Position numbers and translations under genes: made by a program. Under the pieces are notes generated by a model, which did not search any database, was not told the DNA's origin, and saw only the letters and a program-made list of their open reading frames with translations. A stretch of 32,000 nt of DNA from NCBI GenBank assembly GCA_000025185.1, contig CP001848.1, positions 4,500,001 to 4,532,000 on the forward strand. The letters run 5' to 3'. The stretch comes from Pirellula staleyi DSM 6068 (lineage in GTDB: Bacteria; Planctomycetota; Planctomycetia; Pirellulales; Pirellulaceae). Position 1 is the first letter of the stretch. The number at the start of each line of letters is the position of its first letter. Below are positions 27,049-32,000 of this stretch, piece by piece.

Positions 27049-28950
27049 TTGCCGTTTAGTCGTTGCTCTCGGCTGGTAGGAACACGCGTGTTTTTTCAAC
27101 GAACTGGTGGTTGGCGTTTCTTCACGATCGGAACTCTGTGGTGCTGCTCGGCGCTGGCTATAGTGACCAACCCTAGTACAGCCCAAACTCCGCAGGAGAT
27201 GATCGACCAGCAAGTTCCTGCAGCGCGAAAAATCATCGAGGCCTATCACGGCGCGGAAGCCAACACTTCGAAACGTACGCTGCACATTATCTACTGGACT
27301 CCCTCCGATCGCGATCCACAGCCGCAATATCGCGAGCGACTCTCGCGCGTTTTGTTCGACATTCGCGCGTTCTATTTGCGTGAGATGAAACGCCTCGGTT
27401 TTGGCGAGCGCACTATTCGTTTGGCGACGGACTATGATGGCCTGCTCACGATTCATGTCGTGAAAGGAAAGCGACCCTATGCGAACTATCACGTAGAAAG
27501 TGGTCGCGCAATTCGCGAAGAGTGCTTGCCCGTTTTGAAGGAAGCTGGCATCGATGCCGATAAGGAAACGATCGTCATCTTCTGCAACATGAGCAACTGG
27601 GATCCTGTTGCAGGCACGATGTCGCAGAATAGTCCCTACTATGCCGGTGGTGGACTGCGCAGCGGAACTGCGTGGCAAGTCGATTCGGCGCTGCTCGATT
27701 CCGATCTAATCGCCAAGAAAGAGCCGCTGATTCGCGACGGACAGTACGGCCGAATTTCGGTGGGCCGCTATAACAGCATCTTCGTCGGCGGTGTTTGTCA
27801 CGAACTTGGTCATGCTCTTAGTTTGCCTCATAACTTGGAGCGACCCGATGAGCGAGTTGCTTTCGGCACCGCGCTCATGGGTAGTGGCAATCGGAGTTAT
27901 GGGGAAGATCAACGTGGTGAAGGACGTGGATCGTTCCTCACTCTCTGTGAAGGCCTGCGATTAGCCAGCCATCCACTCTTCACCGGCAGCGAGAAGGGGA
28001 TCGACCTCCCCCGCAACGCAAAGCTTGACAACATTGCTGTGGAAGTCGCCGAGGATGCGAAGTCGTTCACCTTCTCGGCGAAAGTTACAGCCGATCCACC
28101 TCCTTATGCGGTGATTGGCTACATGGATCCCAGTGGTGGCAGCGACTACGACGCAACCACCATCACGGCCATTCCTGATAGCGAAGGGAAGTTCTCGTTT
28201 CGCTGTGCGGCCTTCCAACCTGGGAAAACAGGCGAGCTGCGCGTCGTAGTTTGTCAGGCCAACGGAGGACGTATCGGCGATCAGAACTTGTCGATTCCCT
28301 ACTCGATTGATGGCGATGGCGTGGTCGATTTGTCCGCCTATCAATCGCAGGCCAAGCTTGTCCCAATCACTGCAGCAATTGCAGCGAGCGATAGCCAAGG
28401 GATTGCCTCTGCCATTCAAAAACTGGAAGCGAGCAGCACAGGTTCGGAAGCTGATCAGAAACTCCTCGAGGTGGCGCGCGTCTTGGCAACCACAATTTCG
28501 CGCGAGCGAAAAGTAGCGCCTGCCGCGATCGAAGGGGATAGTAGCTGCTGGGTCTCTGACACTGCGTGGAAGTCGGCACAAGTTGGCTGGGGTCGGCCAC
28601 GGGCCAATCGTCTTCCGAGCGACTCTATGGCCATGGTGGTTGGTGGACAACTCTTCGCACGCGGGCTCTATGCTCATGCACCTAGTAAGTACACGTACGA
28701 ACTAGGTGGCAAGTGGAAACGACTCAGCGGAGTGGCTGGACTGGCCGATGGCAATGATGGTTCCGTTGTGTTTGTGATCGTCGGCGATGGGAAGGAACTC
28801 TGGCGCTCGAAGAAAGTCGCCGATGCCAGCCTCCCCGCATTTGATGTCGATATAGCAGGGGTTCAAGAACTACTCCTCCAAGTCGAAGATGCTGGAAATG
28901 GAAACTCCAGCGACTGGGGCGTCTGGGCCGATCCTCAGTTGACGCGCTAG
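27049..28950 (+). CDS. Secreted zinc-metalloprotease-like protein (HExxHxxxxxH) with C-terminal NPCBM/NEW2-type domain
   Basis: HELGHALSLPH at 27799-27831. The C-terminal ~130 aa (WVSDTAWKSAQVGWGRPRANRLP...GLYAHAPSKYTYELGGKWKRLSGVAGLADG...VVFVIVGDGKELWRS...LLLQVEDAGNGNSSDWGVWADPQL) match the NPCBM pattern. The start is non-ATG, either TTG 27049 or GTG 27085. The signal peptide ends ...ALAIVTNPSTAQ. Confidence 0.8.
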   Translation: MPFSRCSRLVGTRVFFQRTGGWRFFTIGTLWCCSALAIVTNPSTAQTPQEMIDQQVPAARKIIEAYHGAEANTSKRTLHIIYWTPSDRDPQPQYRERLSRVLFDIRAFYLREMKRLGFGERTIRLATDYDGLLTIHVVKGKRPYANYHVESGRAIREECLPVLKEAGIDADKETIVIFCNMSNWDPVAGTMSQNSPYYAGGGLRSGTAWQVDSALLDSDLIAKKEPLIRDGQYGRISVGRYNSIFVGGVCHELGHALSLPHNLERPDERVAFGTALMGSGNRSYGEDQRGEGRGSFLTLCEGLRLASHPLFTGSEKGIDLPRNAKLDNIAVEVAEDAKSFTFSAKVTADPPPYAVIGYMDPSGGSDYDATTITAIPDSEGKFSFRCAAFQPGKTGELRVVVCQANGGRIGDQNLSIPYSIDGDGVVDLSAYQSQAKLVPITAAIAASDSQGIASAIQKLEASSTGSEADQKLLEVARVLATTISRERKVAPAAIEGDSSCWVSDTAWKSAQVGWGRPRANRLPSDSMAMVVGGQLFARGLYAHAPSKYTYELGGKWKRLSGVAGLADGNDGSVVFVIVGDGKELWRSKKVADASLPAFDVDIAGVQELLLQVEDAGNGNSSDWGVWADPQLTR

Positions 28951-29007
28951 TGCAGAAATCATCGTATTCCAAGTGAAACAGGACGAAATTGCCTCGTATC
29001 CAAAAGG

Positions 29008-29039
29008 ACGCGCGTTCTGAAGCCGACCAGAACGCGCGT
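29008..29039. terminator. Hairpin in convergent gap, candidate (bidirectional) terminator
   Basis: Perfect 12-bp stem acgcgcgttctg / cagaacgcgcgt with an 8-nt loop. On the minus strand it is followed by CCTTTTGG. On the plus strand there is no T tract. It lies 58 nt after the + stop and 49 nt after the - stop. Confidence 0.45.
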
Positions 29040-29087
29040 GCTCGATAACTCCTAGGCTAGCCACCACGCTCACTCAGGTTTCAAGTC

Positions 29088-30449
29088 TTACTTGGCCTTG
29101 GTGGCTGCTTCGGAAGGGGCAGACTTTAGTCCCACGGTGTTTACAGCAATCACGCGGTAGGTTGCTGCCGCACTTGCATTGTCATCCACATAACGCATGG
29201 CGACCAGCGGCTGTGTCGGCGTGTCGCTGTACTGCAAATTCTGAAACAGTGGTCGACCAAACGGATTTTTTCCCTGCTCGGGAATCGTTGCCAGCACTTC
29301 ACCATCGCGCTCGATGATGAATCGCGCCAGCCCACTCTCGAGATCAGCCTCAGATTCCCAGGTGAGCTGGTTTCCACTCAGCCGAACATTCGTGGGTGAT
29401 GGTGGAGCCGATACGTCAGCCACTTTGGTATCGACGACGTATTGCATCCATGCCTTGGCGATTGCTTCGCTGGGAAGCCAAGCCGCCTCCAGTGCATTCC
29501 CTTCAAACTTTACAGCCGGGGCTGCTGTGCTCCCCGTCGGCTGCGCGAGCCACACGTCGCTGGTTGGCATCGGCGAAAGGGCCTCGCCAGTTGTCTTTGG
29601 CAATCGCGCCGTGAGACACGCATCGAGCCAAGGAATGGCCAAGTATCGCTGGTTTCCGCAATCGTGACTCGAGAGCGGATCGACAGCGACACCGACGAGT
29701 CCACCTTGACCACGCACTTCCTTAAAAAACGCTTCGTTGGCGGGCCAAACACCCGAGAAACGATCGTCCTTCACCGTCACCCCTTCCTTGGTTCCGAGGT
29801 TACACATGATCGGCACACTCAGCGCGCCAACAGGAAGCGTGTGGGCTTTGATCGACGTTCGCTTGGGATCTTCTTTCAGCAGAGGGACTCCCGAACGGAG
29901 CCACGCAGCAGCCACGCGATCGGGATGCAACAGCACCATGCCCCCCGCCCAATGTCCACCACCACTATGCCCCCACAGGGCCCAAGGAACTTGTGCAAGT
30001 TCGGGATGCGACGATTTCTCGCCGAGATCGGACAGGCACTTTTGAAAAGCGATGTCGGACCCATTACGCGGGTCGCACCACATTTGGCAATCGGCTTGAT
30101 CGGGCTGTTCGTAGGCAGGGGAGAGGAGGGCACAGTCGTGCTTCTTCGCGAGCGCTTGCCAGTGCAGATCGTAGGCACCGGTAAGCCCCGACCGGCACGA
30201 CCCTTCGCCACAGCCGTGCTGATGCACGATCACGCCGCGTAGTTGCTTCGCGGCTGGTGGAATCCAAATCGTGTAGTTGACGGGGTACTTCAGCTGGCCC
30301 GGCTCTTTGCCTGCGTCGTAGCGCACGCGGTAGTACGGAGGCTCTGCTGTTGGGAATGCATCGTAGGGAGGATTCTGCGCAAATAGCTCCGAAGCGTGCG
30401 GCAGCACGCCGAGCAACAAGAGAACCGGCAACAGCAGATGCTTCATCAT
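29088..30449 (-). CDS. Exported alpha/beta-hydrolase (esterase/depolymerase-like) with C-terminal fibronectin-III-like domain
   Basis: Signal peptide [24 protein letters not shown]. Nucleophile elbow [13 protein letters not shown]-terminal [33 protein letters not shown]...[10 protein letters not shown] is FN3-like. Confidence 0.8.
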   Translation of the reverse strand: MMKHLLLPVLLLLGVLPHASELFAQNPPYDAFPTAEPPYYRVRYDAGKEPGQLKYPVNYTIWIPPAAKQLRGVIVHQHGCGEGSCRSGLTGAYDLHWQALAKKHDCALLSPAYEQPDQADCQMWCDPRNGSDIAFQKCLSDLGEKSSHPELAQVPWALWGHSGGGHWAGGMVLLHPDRVAAAWLRSGVPLLKEDPKRTSIKAHTLPVGALSVPIMCNLGTKEGVTVKDDRFSGVWPANEAFFKEVRGQGGLVGVAVDPLSSHDCGNQRYLAIPWLDACLTARLPKTTGEALSPMPTSDVWLAQPTGSTAAPAVKFEGNALEAAWLPSEAIAKAWMQYVVDTKVADVSAPPSPTNVRLSGNQLTWESEADLESGLARFIIERDGEVLATIPEQGKNPFGRPLFQNLQYSDTPTQPLVAMRYVDDNASAAATYRVIAVNTVGLKSAPSEAATKAK

Positions 30450-30802
30450 GGAACTTACCCTTCGGCGGAGAGGCTTGCTTAAGCGCGATGACAGGGAACT
30501 TCGAGATCGGTGTGGTACGAAGTGCCGCCAAGATCAGTGCCGGTTATCGTCGACGACAGCACACCGCGCTGCAACCGCACGAGTACCGAGACTCAGCCGC
30601 CAACGGCAGCCACCACGGCAAAGTCGTCGCAAATTGCCGCAATCAACAGCTGCGCGGCCACAAACCACCCCAAGTGGGGGAAGGCCAAAGTTTTGGCTGA
30701 TCATCCAGCGCACCGCGACCCGAATAATCCCTGTAATCGTTGTTAACGCACCTTGGAACAGCGTGACGGGCTTCGCCCCGATCACTTCGTAGGCTCCCCC
30801 TC

Positions 30803-31744
30803 ATGCAGTCGATGCTCCACACCTTCCCGAAACAACAGCTCAGCTCGCTGCAAATCCTGATGCGCCGCTGGCATATTCAGCAGCGTTACTTTCGCAAATT
30901 CTTCGAGCTTGTGAACTTCGAAGACCCGCAAAGTTTTCGTGAGAAAACGAATTATCGCAAGCTCTACGGCAACCAGCCTCTCTACGCGCAGCTGGCCGAT
31001 AAATATCGTGTCCGTCAGTTTGTCGAGCAGCGGATCGGCGCCGAGCACTTAGTGCCGCTACTGGGTGTCTACGATCGACTCACTCCCGAAATTTTCGACA
31101 CACTTCCCCATCAATTCATCATCAAGGCCAACCACGGCTGTAAGTGGAACAAAATTGTCTGGGACAAGTCGCAGCTCGACATCCCGGCCACCGTGAAGCA
31201 CTTCAACCAACTCCTGCGACGCAAGTATGGACTCACCTCAGGCGAGTTCCACTATGCGTTAATCGAACCGAAGATTGTGGTCGAACAGTTGCTAGTTGCC
31301 GATGGAAAAGAGCCGGTCGACTATTCGGTTTTCTGTTTTCACAACTCGCGCGGTTTTGAATTCGGTTTTAACGTCGAGATTCAAGATACGAAGCGACATA
31401 TCCATTTTGACCAAGATTGGAATGTGCTCGAAGCACACTGCTCTCCTGAAGAGGTCGAGCGTTATCGTCGGCCCAAGAATCATGAGCAGATGGTGGGACT
31501 TGCGGAGCGAATCTCGCGTGGTTTCGATTTTGTACGAGTCGATCTCTACAACCTCGAAGGTCAGATCTACTTTGGCGAAATGACGTTCACCGCGTCAGCT
31601 GGACTGCATAAGCATGGAACACCCAAGCGTGCGGCGCTTCGCAACTCGCAGTGGGAACTCGATCGCAATAACCCGCTGCTCTATCTCCAGCCGCACACGA
31701 TCAAACAACCGGGCAGATTTGCTTTGGCTACGCGCGGCGCATAA
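30803..31744 (+). CDS. ATP-grasp fold amidoligase family protein (TupA-like)
   Basis: N-terminus ...NFEDPQSFREKTNYRKLY. Blocks FIIKANHGCKWNKIV, DYSVFCFHN and VRVDLYNLEGQIYFGEMTFTASAG match the recalled TupA-like ATP-grasp pattern. Confidence 0.8.
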   Translation: MQSMLHTFPKQQLSSLQILMRRWHIQQRYFRKFFELVNFEDPQSFREKTNYRKLYGNQPLYAQLADKYRVRQFVEQRIGAEHLVPLLGVYDRLTPEIFDTLPHQFIIKANHGCKWNKIVWDKSQLDIPATVKHFNQLLRRKYGLTSGEFHYALIEPKIVVEQLLVADGKEPVDYSVFCFHNSRGFEFGFNVEIQDTKRHIHFDQDWNVLEAHCSPEEVERYRRPKNHEQMVGLAERISRGFDFVRVDLYNLEGQIYFGEMTFTASAGLHKHGTPKRAALRNSQWELDRNNPLLYLQPHTIKQPGRFALATRGA

Positions 31745-31775
31745 CGCGAGTCGCACACTTTTGTTTAAGCGCTGG

Positions 31776-32000
31776 CTAGCTCCCTTGCAGTTGCCAGACT
31801 GCGATATGCCCAGCGATATCGGCCGCAGCCAGATGCGACTCATCAGGCGAGAGAGAAATCGCAGAAATCCAGTCTTTGAACTGTCCTCCTCGCGGGGAAC
31901 CCAGCACCGCGAGTTCCTTTCCATCTTCGACCTGTACCACGCGGATGCAGGTATCGCGGCCAGCAGTGAAGAGGAACTTTCCATCGCGCGAAAAACAGAG
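31776..32000 (-). CDS. C-terminal fragment (74 codons + TAG) of a WD40-repeat protein
   Basis: Not in the ORF track because there is no start codon in the window. The minus-strand frame reads LCFSRDGKFLFTAGRDTCIRVVQVEDGKELAVLGSPRGGQFKDWISAISLSPDESHLAAADIAGHIAVWQLQGS*. This gives two WD40-like units (S-DGK-L-T-G-D...I; SPD...LA-A...G-I-VW). Confidence 0.6.
   Translation of the reverse strand, partial: LCFSRDGKFLFTAGRDTCIRVVQVEDGKELAVLGSPRGGQFKDWISAISLSPDESHLAAADIAGHIAVWQLQGS

Noticed and set aside
27040-30242. 212-aa and 238-aa minus-strand ORFs and a 266-aa plus-strand ORF
   Set aside because: They are antisense to the metalloprotease/NPCBM gene and the hydrolase/FN3 gene respectively. The compositions are junk-like.
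31595-31984. 129-aa minus-strand track ORF at the window end
   Set aside because: A different minus-strand frame over 31776-32000 gives clean WD40 repeats ending in TAG. The track ORF also overlaps the ATP-grasp gene 3' end and reads as Ser/Arg-rich noise.
1-32000. Search for CRISPR arrays, transposases/integrases, inverted terminal repeats, toxin-antitoxin or restriction/defence gene signatures
   Set aside because: None recognised by eye. The only substantial repeat is the coding Gly repeat. I found no direct repeats flanking any gene block. A computational repeat or defence-system scan would be needed to be sure.

Overview
GC-rich bacterial chromosomal segment, read by eye with no searches run. 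The gene content points to Planctomycetota, probably Pirellulales-like. It holds two hallmark planctomycete gene pairs: a DUF1592-type CxxCH protein with DUF1552, and a PSD1-type DUF1549/DUF1553 protein with DUF1501. It also holds a PVC-type heme-binding dehydrogenase-like protein, Tat-exported Gfo/Idh/MocA and serine-hydrolase proteins, and many other exported proteins. I support about 25 coding regions. Three are absent from the supplied ORF track: an N-terminal gene fragment at 1-176 (-), a 55-codon Cys-rich ORF at 17861-18028 (+), and a WD40 C-terminal fragment at 31776-32000 (-). Several track ORFs carry spurious N-terminal extensions, and I trimmed them to internal starts that remove overlaps and expose signal peptides. 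I saw no rRNA, tRNA, CRISPR array, transposase, integrase or obvious mobile-element boundary, and no classical defence-island signature. I cannot point to a clear-cut new multi-gene system. Four loci most deserve follow-up. (1) A STAS-domain protein is translationally coupled (GTGA overlap plus an AGGAGG) to an orphan GspE/PilB-class ATPase that has no platform, pilin, kinase or phosphatase partner nearby. (2) An exported ApbE flavin transferase is fused to a DUF2271-like domain and coupled to a PepSY-type membrane protein. (3) A secreted protein has an extreme glycine-rich RGG/FG-like repeat region and a W/Y-rich C-terminal domain. (4) A small zinc-ribbon-like ORF lies hidden behind the Gfo/Idh/MocA gene. 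All family assignments come from recalled sequence signatures and need HMM or BLAST confirmation.
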